Positions 8,293-16,527 of a stretch of DNA of 38,316 nt are shown piece after piece. Every line of letters begins with the position of its first letter. Position 1 is the first letter of the stretch. The notes under the pieces were generated by a model. It ran no database searches, had not been told where the DNA came from, and worked only from the letters and a program-made list of their open reading frames with translations. The stretch is taken from positions 1-38,316 of the forward strand of contig JAGXLP010000002.1 of the NCBI GenBank assembly GCA_018334615.1, given 5' to 3'. This DNA comes from Candidatus Bipolaricaulota bacterium (GTDB lineage Bacteria > Bipolaricaulota > Bipolaricaulia > M55B111). A program made the position numbers and the translations under genes.

Positions 8293-8409
8293 TTAACCAA
8301 ACACCTATCCTCAATTGAGTGCTGGGTCGATTCTCGTTTTTTGAATCGAAGTTTGTACTCCAATGTTTTTCTACCAGACCCGTCACTTAGTGCGGGTTTC
8401 TTGACTTAT
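8293..8409 (+). repeat. Copy B of the ~117-nt repeated element. It ends 2 nt before the rpoC Shine-Dalgarno site.
   Basis: Same ungapped alignment as copy A. It ends in the hairpin ACCCG(8378-8382)/CGGGT(8393-8397) followed by TTCTTGACTT. Confidence 0.7.
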
Positions 8410-8410
8410 A
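8377..8410 (+). terminator. Terminator/attenuator-like hairpin with an interrupted U-tract, directly upstream of rpoC
   Basis: GC-rich stem followed by TTCTTGACTT. The equivalent hairpin in copy A (87-116) has different but still complementary arms. Confidence 0.35.
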
Positions 8411-8424
8411 AGAGGTGATTGTGG

Positions 8425-11400
8425 ATGTTGTCTGGCGATAATATCGAAGAAGTGAAATTGATGTTCGCTTCGCCCGAAGAGATTAGAAGATGGTCTCATG
8501 GCGAAGTTACTGAATCAGAAACAATAAATTACCGGACTCATAAACCCGAAAAGGGCGGGTTATATGCAGAGGAAATATTTGGTCCCGAGGAGGACTATAA
8601 ATGTGCCTGTGGAAAATACGAGGGAAAGAAGTATGAAGGGATAACCTGTGAGAAATGTGGAGTACTTGTGACCGATTCTTCGGTTAGACGGAAGAACATG
8701 GGTCATATAGAACTTGCAAGCCCGGTAATTCATTTTTGGTTCTTGAAGGGTATATCCAGTCCGTTAAGCAAGTTATTGAATATCAAGAAGAAAACCCTGC
8801 GAAAGATAGCTTACTATGAAGCCGAGACAACTTTAGAAGATATTTCGATTGTTACCTCTTCTGAGACCGAAAAAATTAGGGAGGGGGAACGACTATATAG
8901 TTCGGAACTGGAAATACTCTCAGATCATCTTGAATTTGAAACGGAGAAAGGGATTCTCATAAACGATGCTCCTCAAATATCCGCCGGTGAGTCGGGGGAA
9001 GTCGAGATTGAGCACAAAAAGCTTCAGAATGGCGAAGGAATAGCGTTAATTACAGTAGGCGAAGAGGAATTCCCGGTAGCCGAAGACGTTATACTGGAGG
9101 TTAATGAAGGAGACGAGTTAGATGAAGGGGAGCTGATCGCGGAGACCCCGGTGGGTGAAATCTGCTCGAAAACCTTCCTTGACATGGCCGAATCACGCTA
9201 CGGAGACGCTATAAAGTCAGAGCCGGCCCAGGAAGAGGTGGATAACCTTGCGTTTTTGGTTACGGCCGTGAACGATGAAGAAGTTCCGCTTGAAGTTGGA
9301 GACAAGATAACTCAGCTGGGAAAAGAAGCCTACGAAAGGATATATCCGGCTGGGTTTTCCGCCCACACAGGCGCTCGGGGAATCAAAGGATTATTGGAAA
9401 ATATCAACCTTAACGAATTAAGCCAGAAGTTGAGTAATCGACTGGAAAAAGAGACTTCCAAGACCGCCAAAAACAAGCTTTCGAAAAGGCTAAGCGTCGT
9501 TGAAAAACTCAGGGATTCGGGAAACAAATCTAGCGACATTTCTCTAGAAGCTATTCCCGTCCTTCCTCCAGATTTAAGGCCGATAGTCCATTTAGAAGGA
9601 GGAAAGTTCGCCACCACGGATTTGAACGATCTTTATCGTCGAATTATTAACAGGAACAATAGACTCAAGCGACTGGAGGATATGGGGGCCCCGGAGGTAA
9701 TACTCAGGAACGAGCGCAGAATGCTTCAGGAATCCGTGGACGCACTTATTCATAACGAGAAGAAGAATACTCCCATCAGAGGCAAGGACGACCGTCCTCT
9801 GAAATCGTTGTCGGATAGGATATCGGGAAAGCACGGTCGATTAAGACGAAACCTATTGGGTAGACGAGTTGACTATTCCGGCAGAGCAGTGATTGTAGTA
9901 GACCCTGAGTTAAAGCTTTGGGAGTGCGGGGTTCCAAAGAAGATGGCACTGGAACTATTCAAGCCTTTTATTACAAGGTATTTGGACGACACAACCTATT
10001 CCGACTATAACGAGGTAAAAAATAAGGCTCTGGCGGGTGATATGCCGGACGTCTGGAATTATCTCGAAGAGTTGCTTGAGGAAAGACCGGTTTTGCTTAA
10101 CCGAGCACCGACGCTTCATCGACTGGGCATAGAGGCATTTGAGCCAAAGCTGGTGGACGGGGACGCAATCCACATTCACCCTCATGTTTGTCCTCCCTAT
10201 AACGCTGACTTTGACGGAGACCAGATGGCTATTCACCTCCCTCTGACCAGGGAAGCTGTGAAAGAATCACGCGATATTATGCTGTCTTCTAAGAACTTAC
10301 TGTCGCCTGCCTACGGAGGCCCCCTGTCCAAACCCACGCAGGATCAGATCTACGCTTATTACTATCTTACTGAAGTGGACGAGGAAGGCAAGGGAAAGGA
10401 CAAATATTTTGCCAGCTTTCAGGAGGCGAAACGTGCCTATGAAAATGACGTCATCAGCCTTCATGCACCAATCAAAATAAGGATAAACGGAGAAATCAAA
10501 GATACCACCCTGGGACGAGCCAAACTGAACGAGTTGTTCCCGGATGACCTACGAGATTACGGGAAACTATTTGAGTCGTCGGATCTTTCGGACATGTTGA
10601 TGAAAGTTTATGAAAATTACGGCAGAGAGAGGGTCGTTAGCTTGCTGGACAGGTTAAAGGAGCTCGGTTTCTCCGAGGCAACTCAGTCAGCTCTTACCGT
10701 TTCTACGAAGGATTGTCTTGCCCCCGAGGAAAAGTCCATGATCCTGGAAAAAGCTACTGAGCGAGTCGGTGAGGTAAACAAAATGTACGAGAAAGGTCTT
10801 GCTTCCGAGGAAGAAAGATCCTCTACTATTATCGATATTTGGCATGAGACGGTTGATAAGGTGGAAGAAGCTACCATGGAGAATTTCGCAAAGAATAAGT
10901 TTAACCCACTTCAAATGATGGTAGCATCAGGGGCACGGGGTAGTGCTGATCAGGTAAAACAGTTAGCAGGAATGCGTGGATTGATGGCTGACCCATCAGG
11001 TAACGTAATTGAAATGCCTGTGAAATCAAATTTTCGGGAAGGACTGGATATGATGGAATACTTTATATCTACTCACGGGGGAAGGAAGGGAACGGCGGAT
11101 ACAGCCTTAAAGACGGCCGACTCGGGTTATCTCACCAGGAGGTTGGTTGAGGCTGTCTCTAATATTGTCGTGCGCGAGGAGGACTGTGGTACGAACAGGG
11201 GGCTAGAAATAGATCCGCTGAAGTACGACGGAGGAGAATTGATGGAGGGTATAGAGGAAAGAGTCTACGGGAAGATTCTAGCAGAACCAGTAGTCGATCC
11301 GAGCGATGGAAGTATAATGGGCGAAGAAGGGGAGCTCGTCCACAAGGATCTTGCCGCCAAGCTGGGGAATAAACAGGTTTCTGTCGATTTAACCGAGCTA

Positions 11401-13398
11401 ACCGAAGAGGACAGAGAGAGGATTATTGGTACTAGTACCGTAAATAACGTTAAAGATCCTGAGACCGGGAAGGCGATCTTGAGCAGTGATGATGTAATCG
11501 GTCCAGCTGAGCTGGATAGGTTAGAGGCCAGTGACATCGAAGAAATAGAAATTAGACCACAGATTGTGGTTAGATCCCCGGTTACATGTGAGACGGAGAA
11601 GGGAGTTTGCCAGCAATGTTATGGAATTGATATGTCTTCGCACGAATTGGTCGACCTGGGTCTGGCTGCCGGTATAGTGGCGGCACAATCCATTGGTGAG
11701 CCAGGGACTCAGCTGACAATGAGGACATTCCACTCCGGCGGTGTTGCAGGCGAAGACATCACTCAGGGTCTTCCCAGGGCGGAAGAACTGTTTGAAGCTC
11801 GAAAGACGACGAAAAGTGCTCAGGCTACTATTACTGATATTGAAGGACATGTGACTGAGATAGAAGATACCGAAGAAGGTAAACGCCTGGAGATTGAAGG
11901 AGAACCCCAGGAGATGACGATTCCTTCGTCACTTTGCTTGGTTGAACCCGACGAGGAAGTAGGGCTCTCGGACCTTGTAGATAATACAAGTCCCCATGCT
12001 GGCACAGTCAGATTTGTAAAAGAAGACGGTCAACCCGTAATGTATTTGCTGATGCGCAGGACGGATGCTTTTTACGAATTGCCGGATGGGATAGAGATTA
12101 GCGAAGAATCAGGTAGTCCTGTAGAGAAAGGCGACGTCCTGTCGGAAGAGGTAAAACTGGATCAGGTATTTGCGAAGAGAAGTGGTACTGTCGAAAGAAT
12201 AGACAATGGACGCAGGCTAATTACACTGGTCGATGACGAAGAAAATTACATCGACCATCTCATTCCACCAATGGCAAAACCCCTGGTCGAAGAAGGAGAA
12301 GGTGTCGAGGAAGGCGAGGGATTGATAGATGTTAAGAAATCTGATAAGTTGACTGCCGACAAATCAGGTTTGTTAGTGAAAACCGACAACTCAGTTATTA
12401 TATTCCAGCCGGAAGACGGAAAGAAAAGGATTCCGATTACCGAGTGTATGGTACCCGAAGTTGGAGATGGGGAAGAAGTTAAGAAAGGAAAGGCGTTGTT
12501 CTCTCTTGATAGGCCTCAAAATAAGAAGTTAATCGTAGAATCCCTCGACGAAACCGGGGATGATTTGATCCGGGTGAGTTACCGCTACAGAGAAGAAGTC
12601 GAGTTGACCCATTCACCCGTTGTCGATTTGGGAGATAAAGTGAAGCCCGGTGAACAGCTTTCCAAGGGAGTAATTCCGCCACATAATTTGCTGGACAAAG
12701 CCGGTATGGAGAGGACATACGAGTACCTGCTTACCGAAATTCAAAAAGTTTACAAAAGCCAGGGTGTAGATATTAACGATACCCACGTGGAAATAATAAT
12801 TGCCCAGATGTTGAATAACGTAATTGTCACCGATAGGGGAGATTCCGATTTGACCCAGAATGAGCTAATCACGCTAGAGGAATTTCGCAACGTGGTTAGA
12901 CGTCTCAGGAAAAAGAACGAACGAATTCGGGAGCGCCGAGAGGAAATACTCGGCGAGGAGGTGTCCGATGACGTTTACAGCGGGAGTCATTTAATTGCCA
13001 GGGAAGGAGAGACGGTAACGGAAAATCTATTACAGCATACGATGAGATCGGGAGTGGAAAAGCTCCCCTTGATTGTCGATGGGGAAATCGTCACACCCAG
13101 GATTCTGGAGTTCAAACTCCCAGAAGGAGACAGGCAGTTACTCAGGATATCGAAATCGGCGCTTAAAACGAAGGGTTGGTTATCCGCCGCTTCATTCCAG
13201 AGGACGACCTCGTCTCTGACAAACGCCGCGCTTAGTGGACAGTCCGACAAATTGAAAGGCCTTAAGCCAAATATAATTGTCGGGAAAAAGGTGGCCGTCG
13301 GGACGGGCTTCGAGCCTGAAAGCGAGACCTCCGACGACGAGGGGGAAAATAAAGAGGAGAAGGACGAGTTAACCCCCGTGGATTCTAATTCAGCTTGA
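8425..13398 (+). CDS. rpoC: DNA-directed RNA polymerase subunit beta-prime, unusually long with lineage-specific insertions
   Basis: Zinc motif CACGKYEGKKYEGITCEKCG, catalytic NADFDGDQM, GEPGTQLTMRTFHSGG and a C-terminal SAASFQRTT block. ATG 8425 lies 9 nt after AGAGG; the ORF-track TTG at 8419 is too close to the SD. Confidence 0.97.
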   Translation: MLSGDNIEEVKLMFASPEEIRRWSHGEVTESETINYRTHKPEKGGLYAEEIFGPEEDYKCACGKYEGKKYEGITCEKCGVLVTDSSVRRKNMGHIELASPVIHFWFLKGISSPLSKLLNIKKKTLRKIAYYEAETTLEDISIVTSSETEKIREGERLYSSELEILSDHLEFETEKGILINDAPQISAGESGEVEIEHKKLQNGEGIALITVGEEEFPVAEDVILEVNEGDELDEGELIAETPVGEICSKTFLDMAESRYGDAIKSEPAQEEVDNLAFLVTAVNDEEVPLEVGDKITQLGKEAYERIYPAGFSAHTGARGIKGLLENINLNELSQKLSNRLEKETSKTAKNKLSKRLSVVEKLRDSGNKSSDISLEAIPVLPPDLRPIVHLEGGKFATTDLNDLYRRIINRNNRLKRLEDMGAPEVILRNERRMLQESVDALIHNEKKNTPIRGKDDRPLKSLSDRISGKHGRLRRNLLGRRVDYSGRAVIVVDPELKLWECGVPKKMALELFKPFITRYLDDTTYSDYNEVKNKALAGDMPDVWNYLEELLEERPVLLNRAPTLHRLGIEAFEPKLVDGDAIHIHPHVCPPYNADFDGDQMAIHLPLTREAVKESRDIMLSSKNLLSPAYGGPLSKPTQDQIYAYYYLTEVDEEGKGKDKYFASFQEAKRAYENDVISLHAPIKIRINGEIKDTTLGRAKLNELFPDDLRDYGKLFESSDLSDMLMKVYENYGRERVVSLLDRLKELGFSEATQSALTVSTKDCLAPEEKSMILEKATERVGEVNKMYEKGLASEEERSSTIIDIWHETVDKVEEATMENFAKNKFNPLQMMVASGARGSADQVKQLAGMRGLMADPSGNVIEMPVKSNFREGLDMMEYFISTHGGRKGTADTALKTADSGYLTRRLVEAVSNIVVREEDCGTNRGLEIDPLKYDGGELMEGIEERVYGKILAEPVVDPSDGSIMGEEGELVHKDLAAKLGNKQVSVDLTELTEEDRERIIGTSTVNNVKDPETGKAILSSDDVIGPAELDRLEASDIEEIEIRPQIVVRSPVTCETEKGVCQQCYGIDMSSHELVDLGLAAGIVAAQSIGEPGTQLTMRTFHSGGVAGEDITQGLPRAEELFEARKTTKSAQATITDIEGHVTEIEDTEEGKRLEIEGEPQEMTIPSSLCLVEPDEEVGLSDLVDNTSPHAGTVRFVKEDGQPVMYLLMRRTDAFYELPDGIEISEESGSPVEKGDVLSEEVKLDQVFAKRSGTVERIDNGRRLITLVDDEENYIDHLIPPMAKPLVEEGEGVEEGEGLIDVKKSDKLTADKSGLLVKTDNSVIIFQPEDGKKRIPITECMVPEVGDGEEVKKGKALFSLDRPQNKKLIVESLDETGDDLIRVSYRYREEVELTHSPVVDLGDKVKPGEQLSKGVIPPHNLLDKAGMERTYEYLLTEIQKVYKSQGVDINDTHVEIIIAQMLNNVIVTDRGDSDLTQNELITLEEFRNVVRRLRKKNERIRERREEILGEEVSDDVYSGSHLIAREGETVTENLLQHTMRSGVEKLPLIVDGEIVTPRILEFKLPEGDRQLLRISKSALKTKGWLSAASFQRTTSSLTNAALSGQSDKLKGLKPNIIVGKKVAVGTGFEPESETSDDEGENKEEKDELTPVDSNSA

Positions 13399-13423
13399 CA
13401 ATATGAAGGGGCTAGCTTATAAT
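13395..13423 (+). promoter_or_regulatory. Consensus sigma-70 promoter TTGACA-N17-TATAAT for the rpsL operon
   Basis: TTGACA at 13395-13400 overlaps the rpoC TGA stop. The spacer is exactly 17 nt and TATAAT is at 13418-13423. Confidence 0.75.
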
Positions 13424-13456
13424 TTCTGACACTTATAGGAGTGGTGAAAAAAAGAT

Positions 13457-13828
13457 ATGCCGACGATTAATCAACTGGTAAGGGAAGGAAGGACGTCCAA
13501 AAAGAAAAAGACAAGTTCGCGAGCGCTGGATGGCTGTCCCCAAAAGCGTGGAGTAGTCACCAGGGTCTATACTCGGACTCCGAAAAAGCCCAATTCTGCA
13601 CTGAGAAAAGTAGCTCGAGTTAGATTGAGTAATGGCAAGGAAGTTACTGCCTACATTCCGGGTGAAGGACATGAATTACAGGAACACGCGGTAGTATTGG
13701 TCCGTGGTGGCCGAGTTAAGGATTTGCCCGGAGTAAGATATCATATCGTTCGAGGGGCGTATGACGTAACTGGAGTTGAGGGTAGGAAGCAGGGTAGGTC
13801 GAAATATGGAACAAAGAAATCTAGTTAG
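13457..13828 (+). CDS. rpsL: 30S ribosomal protein S12
   Basis: PTINQL and [18 protein letters not shown]. Confidence 0.98.
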   Translation: MPTINQLVREGRTSKKKKTSSRALDGCPQKRGVVTRVYTRTPKKPNSALRKVARVRLSNGKEVTAYIPGEGHELQEHAVVLVRGGRVKDLPGVRYHIVRGAYDVTGVEGRKQGRSKYGTKKSS

Positions 13829-13840
13829 GGGGAACGATTA

Positions 13841-14299
13841 ATGGGACTGCCTGGACGTGACGTTAAACCGGATATCAAACACGGTAGCAAGATCGTCGGG
13901 AAGTTTGTAAATTACGTAATGCAGGACGGTAATAAAAATAAGGCTTATAAAGTTATCTATAATGCCTTTTCCCTGATTGAAGAAAGGGAAGGGGAGCCTG
14001 GGGTAAAAGTTTTCCGGGAAGCGATAGACAATATTTCTCCAGATTTGGAGACTAGAAGCAGGAGAGTTGGAGGGGCCAATTATCAGGTTCCTTATGAAGT
14101 ACCACCTGACAGACAGGTGGCTCTCTCCCTTCGCTGGTTGGTTAATGTTGCTTCAAATAGAAATGAACCCCGGATAGAAGATCGTTTGGCAAATGAGATA
14201 ATATTGGCCAGCAATAAGGAAGGGGAAGCTTACGAGAAAAAGCTTGAATCCCACCGACGCGCAGAGGCAAATAAGGCCTTTGCTCATTATCGCTGGTAA
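13841..14299 (+). CDS. rpsG: 30S ribosomal protein S7
   Basis: RRVGGANYQVP and a C-terminal AFAHYRW. Confidence 0.97.
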   Translation: MGLPGRDVKPDIKHGSKIVGKFVNYVMQDGNKNKAYKVIYNAFSLIEEREGEPGVKVFREAIDNISPDLETRSRRVGGANYQVPYEVPPDRQVALSLRWLVNVASNRNEPRIEDRLANEIILASNKEGEAYEKKLESHRRAEANKAFAHYRW

Positions 14300-14395
14300 A
14301 TCCTCGGCGATTCAGTATAACTCCGGTTTATCTTAAACAAATTAGCTTATTCGTAAATTGAATTCTGGTGTATCAGAGGTAGTTATTTAATTATC

Positions 14396-16525
14396 ATGAT
14401 AATGACGAAAGAAAAATCAGACGAGATCGCGGACAAAGCCTTAAGGGATGAAGGATTGGAGGATATGCGGAATATCGGCATTATGGCACATATCGATGCC
14501 GGGAAGACTACTGCCACGGAACGTATGCTGTATTACACCGGAAGAACCTACAAGATGGGGGAGGTCCACGACGGAGATGCGGAAATGGACTGGATGGATC
14601 AGGAAAAGGAACGGGGTATTACTATAACTTCCGCTGCGACAACTTGCTACTGGCGGGATCACCAAATAAATATAATAGATACTCCCGGACACGTAGACTT
14701 TACTGCGGAAGTTGAGAGATCACTCCGCGTCCTGGATGGAGCTGTGGCTCTATTCTCCGGGGTTGAGATGGTTGAGTCTCAGTCCGAAAAAGTTTGGCGC
14801 CAGGCAGATCGTTATGGTATTCCGAGGATAGCTTTCGTCAACAAGCTTGATAGGACAGAATCCAGATACGAAAAGACGATTGAAATGATTGAAGAGCGGT
14901 TAGGGGTCACTACCCTGCCGCTTCAATTAGATTATAAGGACGAGTCGGGTGAATTACTTGGCATGGTAGATCTGGTTGATATGTCATTAATGACGTGGGA
15001 CGAAGAGACAAAAGGGGCTGAGTACCAAAGGAGCGAGATACCTGAAGATGTCAGGGATAAAGCGGAAGAATGGAGAGAGGATCTAATCGAAAAACTTGCC
15101 CATTTTGACGATGAGTTGCTATCGAGATTCCTGGAAGAACAGGACATTCCCAGAAATTTGATCGATCGAGCCTTGAGAAGGGCCACAATAGATGAGACCT
15201 ATGTTCCGGTTCTCGGGGGTTCGGCCCTGAAAAACATTGGGGTTCAACCGATCTTGAATGCAGTTGTCGATTATCTCCCAAGCCCGATTGACGTACCGGC
15301 AGTTGAGGGCTATGAGGTTGGGAGCACCGACGAAGAGGATAAAGTTAGGAGACCCCCCTCGCCCGATGAACCATTTTCCAGCCTTGCTTTCAAAGTTACG
15401 ACCGATCAGTATACCGGTACTTTGATTTACCTGAGAATTTATTCTGGCACCCTGGAAGAAGGTGACAACATCTATAATCCAAACTCCGGCAATAGGGAAA
15501 GGGTTTCGCGGATGTTCCACATGCATGCAAACCGGAGAGAGAGGATTGAAAAAGCAAAAGCCGGTGATATTGTTGCCGTTGTAGGTCCGGATCATACGTC
15601 AACCGGTGAAACTCTTTGTAGTGTTGACGATCCTATTGTCCTTCAAAGGATAGATTTTCCCGATCCGGTAATTTCGGTCGCTATAGAGCCCCGTAGAGAG
15701 GCGGACGAAGATAAATTGAATGCCGCGATTAACAAGCTGGCCAAAGAAGACCCTACTTTTAAAGTAGAGGCCGACCCGGATTCAAACCAAACAATTATTT
15801 CCGGTATGGGGGAACTTCACCTGGAGATAATAACGAGGCGGTTAAGAGAGGAATTTGACGTAGAAGCGCAGGTTGGCAAACCTAGTGTAACGTACAAGGA
15901 AACGATCAAATCTAAATCCGATATTGATGAGGAATTTGCCAAACAGACTGGTGGTAGGGGTCAATACGCCAGGGTTAAGGTGACATTTGAGCCTTTGAGA
16001 AGAGGGGAAGGAGTGATTTTTGAAAGCACCGTCAGAGAAGGGAGAGTCCCAAAGGAGTATATCAAGTCCGTCGAAAAGGGGATAAGAGAAGCTCTTGGCA
16101 ACGGAAAACTGGCGGGTTACTCCGTAACCGATATTAAGGCCACTCTCTATGATGGAGATCATCATCCGGTAGATTCTTCCGACATTGCGTTTAAAGCTGC
16201 GAGCTCCAGGGCGACCGCAAGAGCGTTAAAGGGAAACTCCAGATTACTCGAGCCAATAATGGAAGGTGAAGTGTTTGCTCCTCCTGACTATGTTGGAGAT
16301 GTGATGGAAGACATTTCAAAAAGGCGAGGAAAAGTGTCGGGGATAGAAAATCGTGAAGGGGTTCAACTAATTGAGTTTGAGCTTCCACTCGCCGAGTCGT
16401 TTGGTTACGCCACGAGACTTCGTTCCATTACTCGGGGACGAGGGACTTATTCATTAAGTTTTTCTTACTTTAAACCCGTACCTGAGAAAGTAAAGGAAGA
16501 AATTTTAAATAAACGAGGTTATTAG
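14396..16525 (+). CDS. fusA: Elongation factor G
   Basis: AHIDAGKTT, DTPGHVDF and NKLD, with a full five-domain length of 709 aa. Confidence 0.97.
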   Translation: MIMTKEKSDEIADKALRDEGLEDMRNIGIMAHIDAGKTTATERMLYYTGRTYKMGEVHDGDAEMDWMDQEKERGITITSAATTCYWRDHQINIIDTPGHVDFTAEVERSLRVLDGAVALFSGVEMVESQSEKVWRQADRYGIPRIAFVNKLDRTESRYEKTIEMIEERLGVTTLPLQLDYKDESGELLGMVDLVDMSLMTWDEETKGAEYQRSEIPEDVRDKAEEWREDLIEKLAHFDDELLSRFLEEQDIPRNLIDRALRRATIDETYVPVLGGSALKNIGVQPILNAVVDYLPSPIDVPAVEGYEVGSTDEEDKVRRPPSPDEPFSSLAFKVTTDQYTGTLIYLRIYSGTLEEGDNIYNPNSGNRERVSRMFHMHANRRERIEKAKAGDIVAVVGPDHTSTGETLCSVDDPIVLQRIDFPDPVISVAIEPRREADEDKLNAAINKLAKEDPTFKVEADPDSNQTIISGMGELHLEIITRRLREEFDVEAQVGKPSVTYKETIKSKSDIDEEFAKQTGGRGQYARVKVTFEPLRRGEGVIFESTVREGRVPKEYIKSVEKGIREALGNGKLAGYSVTDIKATLYDGDHHPVDSSDIAFKAASSRATARALKGNSRLLEPIMEGEVFAPPDYVGDVMEDISKRRGKVSGIENREGVQLIEFELPLAESFGYATRLRSITRGRGTYSLSFSYFKPVPEKVKEEILNKRGY

Positions 16526-16527
16526 AT

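Noticed and set aside
8146-8418. The ORF-track frames 8146..8418 (+, 90 aa) and 8157..8363 (-, 68 aa) in the rpoC upstream spacer. The plus frame includes an internal ATG at 8248, 4 nt after GGAGGA, and its TGA stop lies inside the rpoC SD, so it could be a uORF.
   Set aside because: - The two frames are antisense to each other, have non-ATG starts without an SD, and resemble no family I recognise.
- Comparing the two repeat copies codon by codon, only about 5 of about 40 substitutions are synonymous in the plus frame, and there is a similar lack of bias in the minus frame. The conservation is therefore not protein-level.
- A short regulatory uORF from ATG 8248 cannot be fully excluded.
8401-8429. 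The conserved TTGACT in both repeat copies, considered as a -35 box.
   Set aside because: No acceptable -10 hexamer lies 16-18 nt downstream in either copy (GATGTT in copy B, CGTGTT in copy A). In copy B it would also leave no room for the rpoC SD.
9330-13250. Numerous 60-160 aa antisense or out-of-frame ORFs inside rpoC. Similar ORFs occur inside fusA (for example 15119..15595), rpoA (29672..30133 and 30140..30544), the opp ATPases (36551..37045), the PP-loop gene (4668..5117) and deoC (2209..2794).
   Set aside because: All are embedded in strongly supported conserved genes, lack SD sites, and have low-complexity or Ser/Leu/Arg-rich translations typical of shadow ORFs.
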